Below, one piece after another: positions 40,978 through 54,082 of a DNA stretch of 64,000 nt. This DNA comes from an uncultured delta proteobacterium (GTDB lineage: Bacteria > Desulfobacterota > Desulfobacteria > Desulfobacterales > B30-G6): assembly GCA_963823335.1 (NCBI GenBank), contig CAWGLD010000001.1:1944100-2008099 (forward strand), in the 5' to 3' direction. The first letter of the stretch is position 1. Each line of letters starts with the position of its first letter. The notes below the pieces were generated by a model. It did no database searches. It was not told the DNA's origin and saw only the letters and a list, made by a program, of their open reading frames with translations. The position numbers and the translations under genes were made by a program.

Positions 40978-41931
40978 TCAATTCCTCAAGGGAAGTATCA
41001 AATTAAAAATGGCGCCCATGCCGGAGCCTGCACTTTCCGCTGTTATTTTACCTTTATGGATTTTGGCTATGTGATCCACGAGGTAGAGTCCCAGTCCACT
41101 GCCCTTTGCCGACATATCATCTGCGTGTCCTACTTGATAGAACTTTTTGAATATTTTCTTTAATTCTGACTTGTCAATACCGATGCCGTTGTCCTTGAAT
41201 CGAATGATAAGTTTTTTTTGCTGTTTTTCAAAGGTGACATCGATACGCGGGGTGGCCGTATGGTTGTATTTAAGGGCATTCGTAACCAGATTCATTAAAA
41301 GAATTTCAAACATCGGGGGAATAATCAGATAGAAGTAGGGTTCTCTTTTGGGGAGGTGGACCTGAATGTCACAACTTCTAAATAGATGTGCGTTTTGCCG
41401 ATAGAAATTATCGATGGTTTCCGGCAGGTTCCGGTAGACATATTCACCTGCGTAGCTTTTGCTCTCGATCTGGGCCAGGTTTAGGATACGGTTGATATTT
41501 TCGGAAAGACGTCCTACATCACTGAGCATATAATGGGTGTACTTTAACTGGTCTTCCCGGGAGAGCTCATGTTTCAGAAATGTTTCAAGATACAGCTTAA
41601 GGGATGTAACCGGTGTTTTCAGTTCATGAGTAAAGTTGTTGATAAAGTTATGCTGCAGCCGATACAGCCGCAGCGTTTTCAGATTATAGACAAATATAAT
41701 GAAAATTCCCATGATAATGACGCCGAAAAGTACCGTGAGAACCATGATAACAAACCATGTCTGTGAGGTGAGAAATTGTCCTGTATCGAGGTTGAAACGC
41801 TCGACGATCGATTTGAGGCCACTGCTGACCTCAATATACCAGTAGATATAGAGAAAAAGCGATGTGACAAGTGCCAAAATCGAGATAACCAGTATGAAAA
41901 CAGGGTGGATCAGCCATTTTGTACGGTTCAT
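40978..41931 (-). CDS. Membrane sensor histidine kinase
   Basis: Two N-terminal TMs, THELKTP, NLVTNALKY, DNGIGI, GSGLGL. Confidence 0.93.
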   Translation of the reverse strand: MNRTKWLIHPVFILVISILALVTSLFLYIYWYIEVSSGLKSIVERFNLDTGQFLTSQTWFVIMVLTVLFGVIIMGIFIIFVYNLKTLRLYRLQHNFINNFTHELKTPVTSLKLYLETFLKHELSREDQLKYTHYMLSDVGRLSENINRILNLAQIESKSYAGEYVYRNLPETIDNFYRQNAHLFRSCDIQVHLPKREPYFYLIIPPMFEILLMNLVTNALKYNHTATPRIDVTFEKQQKKLIIRFKDNGIGIDKSELKKIFKKFYQVGHADDMSAKGSGLGLYLVDHIAKIHKGKITAESAGSGMGAIFNLILPLRN

Positions 41932-42181
41932 GTTCAATACTCCGGAAAACTGTTAAACAATTTCTTATCATACCCAATTGCAAAACTTTTGTAAAATCGA
42001 AAGCTGTTCTGTACTTTTCAAGGCGGCAGTTATCAAGGATTGTGAGCTACGAAGAGATCGTTTCTGTCCTTCTTAAAACCAGTCTTATACCCCTTTTTAC
42101 ATTCCTGATTGACCTGAGAAGGCGGATGTACTAATTTTCGAGTATATAATTAGGTGCTCGAATTTCTGGATTCAGCGGATA

Positions 42182-42371
42182 CGAAATGAATAATCCCCTG
42201 GCGCTTTGCGAGTTCGCCGCAAGGGCTCCAAACATCAGCGCGGTGATAAAGTTAAACAGGCATGGCTGCCAAATGACCAAGTTTTCATATTGGATTTTTA
42301 TTGTCATGCGCTGATGTAAGAAGCCCTAAGCGGCTCAAACAACGCAAATAGCCATTGGATCACCCATTTCG
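42182..42371. repeat. Long imperfect inverted repeat (MITE-like hairpin)
   Basis: CGAAATG/CATTTCG, TTTGCG/CGCAAA, AGGGCT/AGCCCT, ACATCAGCGC/GCGCTGATGT nested pairs. Confidence 0.7.
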
Positions 42372-42509
42372 CTCTATCTATGATGAAAACAGAAAGTTGG
42401 GCCAGTTGCTTGACGTGATGCGATTAAGTACCACAGGAAAGCGAAGATAGCATTCGATTATTAATTTAAAGCGGCTTTGCCGCGTCAGATAAAGGCACGA
42501 AGTGATTTT

Positions 42510-44369
42510 ATGATTCGAGTGGAAAACCTGCAAAAAGGTTTTGCCGGACAAAAACTTTTTGATGGTGTCAGTTTCAAGATAGGGCCCAGGGAACGGGTAG
42601 GCCTGGTGGGTAGAAACGGCCATGGAAAAACAACGCTCTTGCGGATGATTATGGGAGAGGAATCTTGTGATGAAGGTGTCATAACGGTTCCTAAGAATTA
42701 TCGAATCGGGATTGTGCGGCAGTCCTTGGCATTTACGGAGCGTACGGTTCTGGAAGAGGGCATGAAAGGACTGCCTGCCGACAGAAAGCATCACCATTGG
42801 GAAGTTGAGAAGATTCTGGCAGGGCTGGGGTATTCTCAACGCGACATGCAGCGTCACCCGGGGGAATTTTCCGGTGGATTCCAAGTGCGACTCAATCTGG
42901 CCAAGGCCATTGTTTCCGAGCCTGACCTCCTGTTGCTCGATGAGCCAACAAACTACCTGGATATCGCCTCCATACGCTGGATTGAGAAATACCTTGTTAA
43001 ATGGCCTCACGAAATCATGCTCATAACCCATGACCGGGGATTCATGGACAAAGTGGTGACCCATGTTCTGGGGATTCATCGAAAAGGGATTCGGAAAATT
43101 GCGGGAAGTACTGAGAAGTACTATACCCAGATAGCACAGGATGAAGAGGTTTATGAGAAAACACGTCAAAATGACGAGCGCCGTAAAAAGGAGATTACAC
43201 TGTTCATATCGCGTTTCAGAGCGAAGGCGCGGCTTGCAAATATGGTTCAATCCAGAATAAAAACCATCGAAAAAATGGAGAAAAAGGATAAGCTCGATCA
43301 ACTGAAAAACCTGGAGTTTTCTTTTCGAAGCAAGCCTTTCCGGGGTAAACATGTAATGCGTGCCGAACATCAGTCTTTCGCATATGATCCAAAAGTTCCT
43401 TTGATCAAAGATTTGAGTTTTTCTGTGAATTCAGGTGACCGCATCTGCATTGTCGGGAAGAACGGTAAGGGGAAAACAACCTTGTTAAAAATCCTGGCCG
43501 GGATTCTAGAGCCGGATGAAGGAAGCATCGTCTACAATCCGAATGTAGATATCGGTTTTTTTGAACAAACCAATGTTCAATCTCTTATTGCAACACGGAC
43601 TGTAGAAGAAGAAATCGCCTATGCCCATGAAGATGTCGATCGCCAGAGAGCCCGGGATATTTGCGGCGCCATGATGTTCGAAGGTGATGCAGCACTCAAA
43701 AAAATTGGTGTCCTTTCCGGTGGTGAGAAAAGCCGGGTTCTTCTGGGAAAGATTCTGGCTGTTCCTGTCAATCTTCTGCTTCTTGATGAGCCCACTAACC
43801 ATCTGGATATGGATTCATGTGATGCACTACTGGCGGCACTGGACAATTTTGAGGGAACGGTGATCATTGTAACCCACAACGAAATGTTCCTGCATGCCCT
43901 TGCAGATAGACTTGTGATATTCCAAAATGAACAGGTACACTTCTTTGAAGGAAGTTATCAGCAGTTTCTCGATAAAGAAGGCTGGAGCGATGAAGTCGAT
44001 GAAAAGGGGGACCTAACAGGAATCCAGGAAGACATTTCCGTACCCTCCAAAATTACCAAGAAAGATATCCGCCGAATGCGATCAGAGATCGTTGTGGAGA
44101 AAAGCCGAAGAGTCAAACCACTCGAGAAGCGAATCAAGAAGGCAGAGGAAAATATCGACATGCAGGAAAAAAGTATTAATATTCTTAATGAGGCTATGAT
44201 AAAGGCCTCACAGTCGAACGACGGCAGAAAGATAGCCGAGATATCTCAAAAGATTCATAAAGGTCAGAGTACTATTGAAATCCTTTTTTCAGAGATGGAA
44301 CAACTCTATCATGACAAAGAGCGGGCTGAATCTTATTTTAATGATAAACTGAAAGAGATAGAACCCTGA
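42510..44369 (+). CDS. ABC-F family ATP-binding protein
   Basis: Two ABC domains (GRNGHGKTT/FSGG/LLDEPTN; GKNGKGKTT/LSGG/LLDEPTN), no TM, C-terminal coiled coil. Confidence 0.94.
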   Translation: MIRVENLQKGFAGQKLFDGVSFKIGPRERVGLVGRNGHGKTTLLRMIMGEESCDEGVITVPKNYRIGIVRQSLAFTERTVLEEGMKGLPADRKHHHWEVEKILAGLGYSQRDMQRHPGEFSGGFQVRLNLAKAIVSEPDLLLLDEPTNYLDIASIRWIEKYLVKWPHEIMLITHDRGFMDKVVTHVLGIHRKGIRKIAGSTEKYYTQIAQDEEVYEKTRQNDERRKKEITLFISRFRAKARLANMVQSRIKTIEKMEKKDKLDQLKNLEFSFRSKPFRGKHVMRAEHQSFAYDPKVPLIKDLSFSVNSGDRICIVGKNGKGKTTLLKILAGILEPDEGSIVYNPNVDIGFFEQTNVQSLIATRTVEEEIAYAHEDVDRQRARDICGAMMFEGDAALKKIGVLSGGEKSRVLLGKILAVPVNLLLLDEPTNHLDMDSCDALLAALDNFEGTVIIVTHNEMFLHALADRLVIFQNEQVHFFEGSYQQFLDKEGWSDEVDEKGDLTGIQEDISVPSKITKKDIRRMRSEIVVEKSRRVKPLEKRIKKAEENIDMQEKSINILNEAMIKASQSNDGRKIAEISQKIHKGQSTIEILFSEMEQLYHDKERAESYFNDKLKEIEP

Positions 44370-44443
44370 GCCGCTGTGTTGAAGACAGGAAACAACTCCG
44401 TTTTTCAGGGATTGCAAAGAACTTTTCAAGGGGAGCATTTGCC

Positions 44444-44839
44444 ATGAATGGATTGACAATCAGATGGCTGACATTGACAGCGGCAATAATCGTTGCGTCT
44501 TACATGATTGACGGTATCCGGGTGGCAGGTGTTTTCTCGGCCATTTTTGCCGCCGCCGCGCTGGGAATTCTTAATGCATTCTTTCGTCCTATCGCTTTGA
44601 TACTGACGCTACCTGTCAATATCTTGAGTTTAGGCTTGTTTACATTCATCATCAATGCCGTTATGCTCAAACTGGCTTCCGGCATCATACCGGGTTTCGA
44701 TGTTCACGGATTTTGGGCAGCGGTGTGGGGTGCGTTTCTCATCAGTATCGTCAGCTGGTTGCTCAACTCTTTTATTGGCGGGCGGGGAACCGTGGAATAT
44801 ATCGATTTAAAGCACAAAGGTGGCAATCGATGGGAATGA
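44444..44839 (+). CDS. YvlD/DUF360 ('phage holin family') membrane protein
   Basis: 4 TMs, GILNAFFRPI...LTLPVNILSLGLFTFIINA. Confidence 0.85.
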   Translation: MNGLTIRWLTLTAAIIVASYMIDGIRVAGVFSAIFAAAALGILNAFFRPIALILTLPVNILSLGLFTFIINAVMLKLASGIIPGFDVHGFWAAVWGAFLISIVSWLLNSFIGGRGTVEYIDLKHKGGNRWE

Positions 44840-45157
44840 GGAGATGTGTGTATTTTCCTGGATTCCTCATTCCATCTGAGATATCGCAGTATCCGGCCAT
44901 CACTGTCAGCCAAGTTCTTTTTTCTTGCATCGAACCATCTTATAGGTTAACTATAGGAGAAAAGTTCTCAGATCCACATCCATGCGTTTCCGAGACCGAA
45001 TCCTCGGATAAAATATCTCCTCCCGTACAGTACACAGTTAATTGATCGCTTGGTAGTTGGGCATTTTGCGCTGCACAAATCTCAAACATCGTCAAGGTGA
45101 AGCCGGCTTATGAAAAAGTGAATGCTTCTATTATTCTTAACAAGGAGGTAAAAAGGC

Positions 45158-45625
45158 ATGAAAAAACTCGCCGATGATCTAAAAGCTGTTAGCAAAGAAA
45201 TCAAAGCACTATCTAGGAAACTCGATCAATTGTCCAAGAAAGCAGACAAGCTCATGAAAGCAGCGGCTGGGAAAAAAGCAAAAGCCGCTCCGGCAAAGAC
45301 GGCACCCAGAAAAAAAAGCGCCAAAAAGGTTAAGGCTGTCCCGGCAAAGAAAACGATTAAGAAGAGAGCCGTAAAGAAAACCGCAACACCGAAAAAACCA
45401 GCGGCTAAGAAAGCAGCCAAAACACCAGTTGAAAAAGCGGCCGTGTCCACCACACCGACCAATAAAATTCTCACCTTGATGAAGCGTTATAAAAAGGGGG
45501 TCACGATTTCTCAACTCAAGGAACAGTCGGGTCTCAATGATAAGCAGATAAGCAACATTCTTCACAGGGCCAGCAAAGAAGGGAAGATACAGAGGATCTC
45601 CAGAGGTGTCTACCAGTTGGCATAA
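45158..45625 (+). CDS. Lys/Ala-rich histone-like protein with C-terminal winged helix
   Basis: Coiled-coil N-terminus, PAKK-type repeats, GVTISQLKEQSGL...GKIQRISRGVY. Confidence 0.72.
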   Translation: MKKLADDLKAVSKEIKALSRKLDQLSKKADKLMKAAAGKKAKAAPAKTAPRKKSAKKVKAVPAKKTIKKRAVKKTATPKKPAAKKAAKTPVEKAAVSTTPTNKILTLMKRYKKGVTISQLKEQSGLNDKQISNILHRASKEGKIQRISRGVYQLA

Positions 45626-45637
45626 CCTTTGAACTTC

Positions 45638-47469
<1,832 letters not shown>

Positions 47470-47567
47470 TTATTCATTACGTGAAATTCTTTGTTCCGTT
47501 TAGGACATTTATAAAATCAGCAGGTAGCCGTTAGCTCTTAGCATTTAACCAGGCTATGAGCTGATTG

Positions 47568-50540
47568 CTAATAGTTTCTCATCATTACACATCGCGAGGT
47601 TCGGCCGTCGACCTTGATGGTGACGGGTTTGTCCAGGGCTACATAACGCACATGTGCGGATTCTTTTCTTGCGGGTAATGAGTTCATCCAGTCCCCTTTA
47701 AAAAAACCACCATCTCTTTTCGAAATGGAAATGTAGTTGATGCCCATGGTAGTGATGTTATGAAAAAAATGAGATCCCTGAGATGGCTCTGCATTCAAAT
47801 GCTCCGATGCTGTCTCGGTAATGATGTCAACATTACAGATATCGGCCCAATCCACGGGGATCCCCAGCCAGCGGTCTGCCGAACCCCATCTTCCGGGTCC
47901 TACCAGAAGATATTTTCGGTTTTCCTGAGAGAAATATTTGTTCATTTCACCTATCTCACGAGCGATTTCGATGGTTTTGGCCGGATCGAACACATCCGGT
48001 TTGACGTATACAATATCTGTGATGTCACCCTTGTGGGCATTGCCGAGGGCATTGGGTGAATAACAAAAAGATTTTTCGATCTCTTCGTCGCTGATATTCA
48101 CCACCTCCAAATCTGCTCTGGCGGTCATTGGCCTGAGTTGCAACAGGGCAAATGTGGGTTGGGTTTCCGCTTTCTGACTGAGATTGACTGAAAACTCGAT
48201 TTCCACCGGGCATCCCATACCTTTTTGACCGATGGCTAAGAATTCATTGATAATGTCAGGCAGTGGGAAGGAATTGTATTTCAGAATCTGAGAGAATGTG
48301 ATGACGCGATGACCTTCTACATGAGAGGTGTCTCTGATGCGATGCTCATTGGGAATGTAGGTGCTGGAAAAGAATGCAACCGGATATTCATTTTCAGCTT
48401 CTGAAATTTCCCGTTTATCCAGATGGGATGTGTCGTTGATACTGAGCATGGAGCATGTCTTTTCCAGTTTCAGGGCATAAAAATAGCGCTGAGAATTTTC
48501 AAGAATGTCCTCAACCGTCGAACGCTGTGGCAAAAGCTGTGGATATTTGGGAGAAAAGCGAAGTGTCTTTTCCCCCTCGACCACCATTTTCCCCAGCCCC
48601 AGGGCGATCGTGGCAATGCCTTCTTCCGGTTTCATGTGTGAAAAGGGATAATAATTGTGGGACTGTGCAACACCCGAGATAGCAGGATAAAAATGTTCGC
48701 CATAGGTATCTCCCACCATGCTCTGGATGATGACGGCCATTTTTTCTTCCTCGGTCCGGTGTCCTACCCGTCGTGAAAATGATTTGGGCCCTCTAAAGTA
48801 GGTGGACGCATAAACGAGCTTGATGGCATTGATGACATGTTCTGTCCTCTGGACAAGACTCGGGCAGTCATTGGGGAGCATATAGGTGCGATAGAGACCG
48901 GCGTAGGCGCGGAACTGCGCATCCTCCAAAAGGCTCGAAGAACGGACGGCGATGGGGTAGTGAATGTTTCTGAGGTAAACTTCCAGATCATCCCTTATCC
49001 ATTTTGGAAATTCGGCCTTCAGGAATCTTTTGGCAATCTCCTTGTCCGGTATGTCAATGTCCGCAACTTCCAATAAATGGTTGTGCTGTATGAAGGCCTC
49101 GAAACCATCTGTTGTAATGACCAGTGACTTGGGGATGATGATGTTGACAGGGCTGAATTTCTTTATCATCTCCGATTGGCGGCGAAGCAGGTCTGATGCA
49201 AAGGCCAGTCCCCGTGCCTTGCCGCCGACTGAGCCATTACCGATCTTAAAGAATTCCGTGTCTGGATCAAAATCATGGGCATCAAAATTGACGATAACGC
49301 CTTTTTGCCTGCGTTGCCGCCGTATATGGATTTTGGAAACCAGATATTTCCGCATCTCGTCGGGATTGTATGAAAAATCTTCCGCGCTTGCAGGGCGCAG
49401 TTTGGATGCCAGTATGGTTTCAGTCCGTGCAAACAGCCATCGTGAAAAATCGTTCCGATTGGCATGGAACACCAGGGAGGCATCGGGGATTTTTTTCATT
49501 TCATTTTCCAATGTCCTCAGGTTCGTGGCACGGGAAATTTCTTTGCCGTCCGGCATTCTGAAAATAAAATCGCCAAATCCGAGATGTTCCATGAAAAAAG
49601 AATGGACATCGGCATGCAGTGTACGGGAGTTCTTGTCCACAAAAAAGGAAGGGATCGATGTGGCTTTATCGGCATTGGAGGGTTCCGAACTCATGAGCAA
49701 CAAGGGGATATCCCATCGGTCTTTCTTGATCTTTGTCAGAAGCTGGATCCCGGAGTCGGGACATAGTTTCCCACCTTTGGGAAAACGCACATCTGAAATA
49801 ACCCCCAGTATATACAGTTTGTATTTTTCATAGATACTGATCGCATCTTCATAGCTGTCCGCGATAAGGATTTTGGGTCTGGCACGCATGGTCAGGAGCC
49901 GGTGCTCTTCATTGAGACCTTCTTCCATGATGGCCTGGGTCTGGCTGACCAGTTCCCGGTAGAAGATGGGCAGCAAAGAGGAAAGATACCGGGGAGAGTC
50001 TTCCACAAAAAGGAGCACCCGGATCCCGGCAGATGATGTGTCATAATCCACATTCAGGCGATCTTCGGCGCTTTTGATCAGGGCCACGAGAATATCTGTA
50101 TTACCGGACCAGATAAAAGCACGATCGATCCCCGGGGGTTTTGTGTGACCGGGATAAAAGTCAACCGAGGTAACGGCACTGTGGGCGAAGAGAATGACCG
50201 GAAGGTCCGGATTCGATTTTTTGACCCGTTCACCCAATGCGATACAGTCCATGTCCGCGATACTGGGCATGGTGATAACCATATCGAATTTTTTATTTTT
50301 GAGTGCCGTAAGTGCTTCTTCGACAGAGGACACCCAGGTAAGCCTGGGTGGGTTACTTAAATTCAGACCGCGATATTCATTGATGATTCTTTCAGACAGC
50401 CGGACATCCTCTTCCATGATCCAGGCGTCATAAGGTGTTGAAACGAGGAGCACTTCCCGGATTTTCTTGGCCATCAGCTCATGGAAAAGCTTAAAGCGCG
50501 GATCGTAATCCCTCAATAGAGTATCAATGGCAAGGGTCAT
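47568..50540 (-). CDS. PEP synthase/PPDK-type ATP-grasp protein with N-terminal receiver-like domains
   Basis: REC-like LLFVEDS...VISDVRFP; GSVGGKARGL, PIAVRSSSLLED, ALGLGKMVVEG, VEIEF; C-terminal PSQGSHFF. Confidence 0.85.
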   Translation of the reverse strand: MTLAIDTLLRDYDPRFKLFHELMAKKIREVLLVSTPYDAWIMEEDVRLSERIINEYRGLNLSNPPRLTWVSSVEEALTALKNKKFDMVITMPSIADMDCIALGERVKKSNPDLPVILFAHSAVTSVDFYPGHTKPPGIDRAFIWSGNTDILVALIKSAEDRLNVDYDTSSAGIRVLLFVEDSPRYLSSLLPIFYRELVSQTQAIMEEGLNEEHRLLTMRARPKILIADSYEDAISIYEKYKLYILGVISDVRFPKGGKLCPDSGIQLLTKIKKDRWDIPLLLMSSEPSNADKATSIPSFFVDKNSRTLHADVHSFFMEHLGFGDFIFRMPDGKEISRATNLRTLENEMKKIPDASLVFHANRNDFSRWLFARTETILASKLRPASAEDFSYNPDEMRKYLVSKIHIRRQRRQKGVIVNFDAHDFDPDTEFFKIGNGSVGGKARGLAFASDLLRRQSEMIKKFSPVNIIIPKSLVITTDGFEAFIQHNHLLEVADIDIPDKEIAKRFLKAEFPKWIRDDLEVYLRNIHYPIAVRSSSLLEDAQFRAYAGLYRTYMLPNDCPSLVQRTEHVINAIKLVYASTYFRGPKSFSRRVGHRTEEEKMAVIIQSMVGDTYGEHFYPAISGVAQSHNYYPFSHMKPEEGIATIALGLGKMVVEGEKTLRFSPKYPQLLPQRSTVEDILENSQRYFYALKLEKTCSMLSINDTSHLDKREISEAENEYPVAFFSSTYIPNEHRIRDTSHVEGHRVITFSQILKYNSFPLPDIINEFLAIGQKGMGCPVEIEFSVNLSQKAETQPTFALLQLRPMTARADLEVVNISDEEIEKSFCYSPNALGNAHKGDITDIVYVKPDVFDPAKTIEIAREIGEMNKYFSQENRKYLLVGPGRWGSADRWLGIPVDWADICNVDIITETASEHLNAEPSQGSHFFHNITTMGINYISISKRDGGFFKGDWMNSLPARKESAHVRYVALDKPVTIKVDGRTSRCVMMRNY

Positions 50541-50692
50541 ATGATAGAACCTAAACGACTCATTTCTATAAGACAGTTTCCCAACGCAGATCTTGAAGCT
50601 GCTCAGACAGCGCACAGCATCTTTGGGTCACCTTTTTTTTGCCTCATTTTGACGAAACTGGAAAGCCTCCTGTCTCACGGGTGGTCGTTTAA

Positions 50693-52073
50693 TCAGAATT
50701 CAGAGCTCGTGGATACGGCGGTCCCGGTCTGGTCGGCTTCCTGATCCCCGATAGTGAGGGCCTGGTCCAGTGTGCGCAGGGCCTCGTCGACCTCTTTCTC
50801 TGTGATGATGAGGGGCGGCGCGATGGTCAGGGTGTCGTACCATGGGACCACGTACAGGCCATTTTTCATGGCGTCACCGGAAATTTTTGCCGTCATCAGC
50901 GGCTTGCCGCTCGAGTTTGTCGGCTTTGACGTTAAAGGATTCCTTGGTCTCTCTGTTTTTGACGATTTCAAAACCCCAGAAATGACCCAGCCCCCGGACA
51001 TCGCCCACGCAGGGGTGCTTTTCGGCAAGGTCGAAGAGCCGTTCCTTCAGGTATTTCGATACTTTCGAGAGTAAACCCGAATCGATCAGTTTGCGGTATT
51101 CTGCCACTGCCGGTTTGATCGCGGACAACGAAAGAGCGTGGTAGGCATAGGTGTGTCCGTGGCAGAAGAATTCATCTTCGAAGAAGTCGGCTACTTTTTT
51201 GGTCGTTGCCGTTATGCCCAGCGGTGTGTAGGCGGAGGTGCACCCTTTGGCCGTGGTCATGATATCCGGCAGAACATCCCAGTTCTGCATGGCAAACGGT
51301 GTTCCGGTTCTGTACCAGCCGGTCATGACTTCGTCCGCTATCAGCAGCACATCGTTTTCATCACATATCTTCCGCACCATGGGGAAGTACTCGGGCGGCG
51401 GCACAAGTCGGCCGTTGGTGCCGACAACCGGTTCGACGATGATTGCGGCAACATTGCCCTCTTCCTTGATCATGTAATCGAGATAGCGGGCGCACTGAAC
51501 CTTGCACTCCGGGTACGTCTGGCCGAACGGACATCTGTAGCAGTAGCAGTCAGGTGCAAAACAGACACCGTCTACGGTGTACCGGACCTTTTCCACGGGC
51601 CATCTTCGGGGATCCCCGGTAAACGCCATGCCGGCCGATGTTGCCCCGTGATAGGAGTGGTAGCGTGAAATCACCTTGTAGGCCGGTGCCTTGGACTGTC
51701 GGATCATCACCAGGGCACCGTCGTTGGCCTCGGTCCCGCTGGTGGAAAAGAAGAACTTGTCCAGTCCCTTGGGCAGGATAGACTGGAGCGCCTCTACGGC
51801 TTCGAGAGCCACTTCGGTCGTAAATCCCGGTGCGATATAGGGCAGTTTTTCGGCCTGTTTCTGAATGGCCTCGATGATGGCCTTGTTCTTGTGGCCCAGG
51901 TTCGAGCACATCAACTGAGAGGAGAAATCTAAGTAACGTTTGCCGTTGCTGTCGTAGAAATAAACACCTTCAGCATCGGTGATAAGCAGCGGCGGCTGCC
52001 AGTTTTTCTGCCAGTTCCAGGTCCCGAAGGTGTGGTCCGCCATTTCTTTTACTCTGTTTTCAATCTCACTCAT
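50693..52073 (-). CDS. Class III aminotransferase, probable beta-alanine/3-aminoisobutyrate aminotransferase (frameshift near 50910)
   Basis: YLDFSSQL, SGTEAN, SYHG, LIADEVMTG, TTAKG, HGHTY, IAPPL; pyrimidine catabolism context. Confidence 0.88.
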
Positions 52074-52087
52074 GGGTCTGACCTCCT

Positions 52088-52514
52088 TTATAGGGTATCC
52101 AGTTTTTCAGATGTGCGGTATGTTTTTTTCCGATCATTTTCAGCGCTCGGGAAACTTCGGACAGGGCCTTGATTTTTACAGAAGCCTCAGTGTAGTATCT
52201 CTCGCTCTTTTTTCAAGACATCTCGCTGCGTCAAGAATTTCTACGCTGGTTTTGGCTTCTGCAGGATCGACTTCTTCACAAAAGGGAGCCCGGGTAAAAT
52301 CCTTGACAGGCTCCAGGATCATTTCCGTTACATTTTCACGGCGGGCACGCTGGACATTCTTGATGTTGCTGCGGGTCTCTTTTAAGAATTGGTCAAACAG
52401 ATCCTTGTGTTCTGCAAATGCAGGATTTGCAGCTGCGGCAGAATAGAATGCGTCATCCTGCTTTTCCAATTCCTCTGCAAAACTTAAAATACTTCCAAAG
52501 CTGATCAGTGGCAT
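52088..52514 (-). CDS. Ferritin/rubrerythrin-like four-helix protein (frameshift near 52200)
   Basis: ILSFAEELEKQDDAFY...LDAARCLEK; continues RYYTEAS...KKHTAHLKKLDTL* in the adjacent frame. Confidence 0.65.
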
Positions 52515-52574
52515 GTTGTCTCCTTTTTGAGGGCCACCCAGAGTTGTCTGGTGGCCCTGAACGGTCTCATTTCT

Positions 52575-54038
52575 TTAGAACCATCGCTCGATAACAACCT
52601 TGGTGTCGGTGAAGAAATTGAAAATTTCCTGACCATGCCCCTTGGTGTCACCGAACATGGAGTTGCCGGCACCGCCAAACGGGAAGAAGCTCATGGGGGC
52701 GGCAATACCGATGTTGATACCGACCATGCTCGGCTTGACCCGGTACTTGAATTCGCGCGCCGCTGCGCCGTTTGAGGTGTAGATACAGGCTGCATTGGCA
52801 TAGTTCCGGGTATTGACGAGCTCGATGACCTCGTCAAGATTCTTGGCGCGAACGATACTCACCACCGGGCCGAAGATTTCTTCACTGGCAATGGTCATGT
52901 CCGGTGTTACGTTGTCGAAGATGGTGGGACCGACAAAAAAGCCGTTGGGGTATCCCGTCAACCTGGAAATTACGGCCGTCGAGCACGAGTTTTGCACCTT
53001 CTTCGAATACCTTTTTCGATGTAGTCCAGGACGCGTTGTTTGTGGGCGGCACTGATGACCGGCCCCATGAAGGTCTGTTCGTCAAGACCGTTGCCCACTT
53101 TTATGCCTTTTGCAGCGGCGACAAATTTTTCTACCAGTTCGTCTGCGATATCACCCACGGGGACCAGTACCGGAACCTGAGAGGCATCGTTGCCCGGCAC
53201 AGCCGAAAAACGATGTGGTCAGGGAAGGCATGCCTTTTTCCAGATCGGCATCCGGCATGATGGCGACGATGTTCTTTGCGCCGCCGAGAGCCTGAACCCG
53301 TTTGCCGGTGGCACCGCATTGCTGGTAGATATATTTTGCCGTGGGAGATGAACCCACAAATGAAATACCTTCGATGTCGGGATGGTCCAGGAGGCCGTTG
53401 ACCACGTCATGGGCACCGTGAACCATGTTGACAACACCTTCAGGAAGCCCGATTTCCTCCATGATCTCGAAGATCTTGGTCTGGGTCATGGGCACCTGCT
53501 CAGAGGGCTTGACAATGTAGGTATTTCCGGTAACGAGCGCGTAGGGCAGGAACCACCAGGCGACCATGCCAGGAAAATTGTAAGGAACGATGGCTGCAAA
53601 CACGCCCATGGGCTGGCGGTGTCCGTAGCAGTCGATATCTTTGGCGATATCTTCCAGGGTGTAACCGCACATCAGCGTGGTGACACCGGTGGCGTGCTCG
53701 ACATTTTCGATCATCCGTCGGACTTCACCCCGGGATTCGTCGATGGCTTTGCCCTGTTCGGTGGTGAGGGTTTCCGCGATATCTTCGAAGTTTTCTTCGA
53801 AGGCATCCTTGAGGCGGAACAGGTATCGAGCCCGGGACAGGGGAGGCGTGGTTCGCCATTCCCAGTAGGCTTCTTTGGCTGCCTTTACCGCCGCATCCAC
53901 ATCTTCCTGGGTACATTGGGGTGCCAGGGCGGTTACTTCACCGGTGGAAGGGTTGAAGCACTCCATATATTTTTCGGCTTTGGACGCCAGCCACTGGCCG
54001 TCTACATAGTATTTTAATTTTTTGGGTGTGTCAGACAT
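52575..54038 (-). CDS. mmsA: CoA-acylating (methyl)malonate-semialdehyde dehydrogenase (frameshifts near 52980-53180)
   Basis: PYNFP, KPSEQVP, SFVGS, ALGGAKN, GCAGQRC, EEIFGPV, FFPFGG. Confidence 0.88.
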
Positions 54039-54082
54039 GTTTCCTCCTTGTTTGGTTTATTTTGCAAAATTTGCGCAAGCAT

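Noticed and set aside
44444-44839. Prophage inferred from the 'phage holin family' gene
   Set aside because: YvlD/DUF360 proteins are common chromosomal genes and no phage genes are nearby
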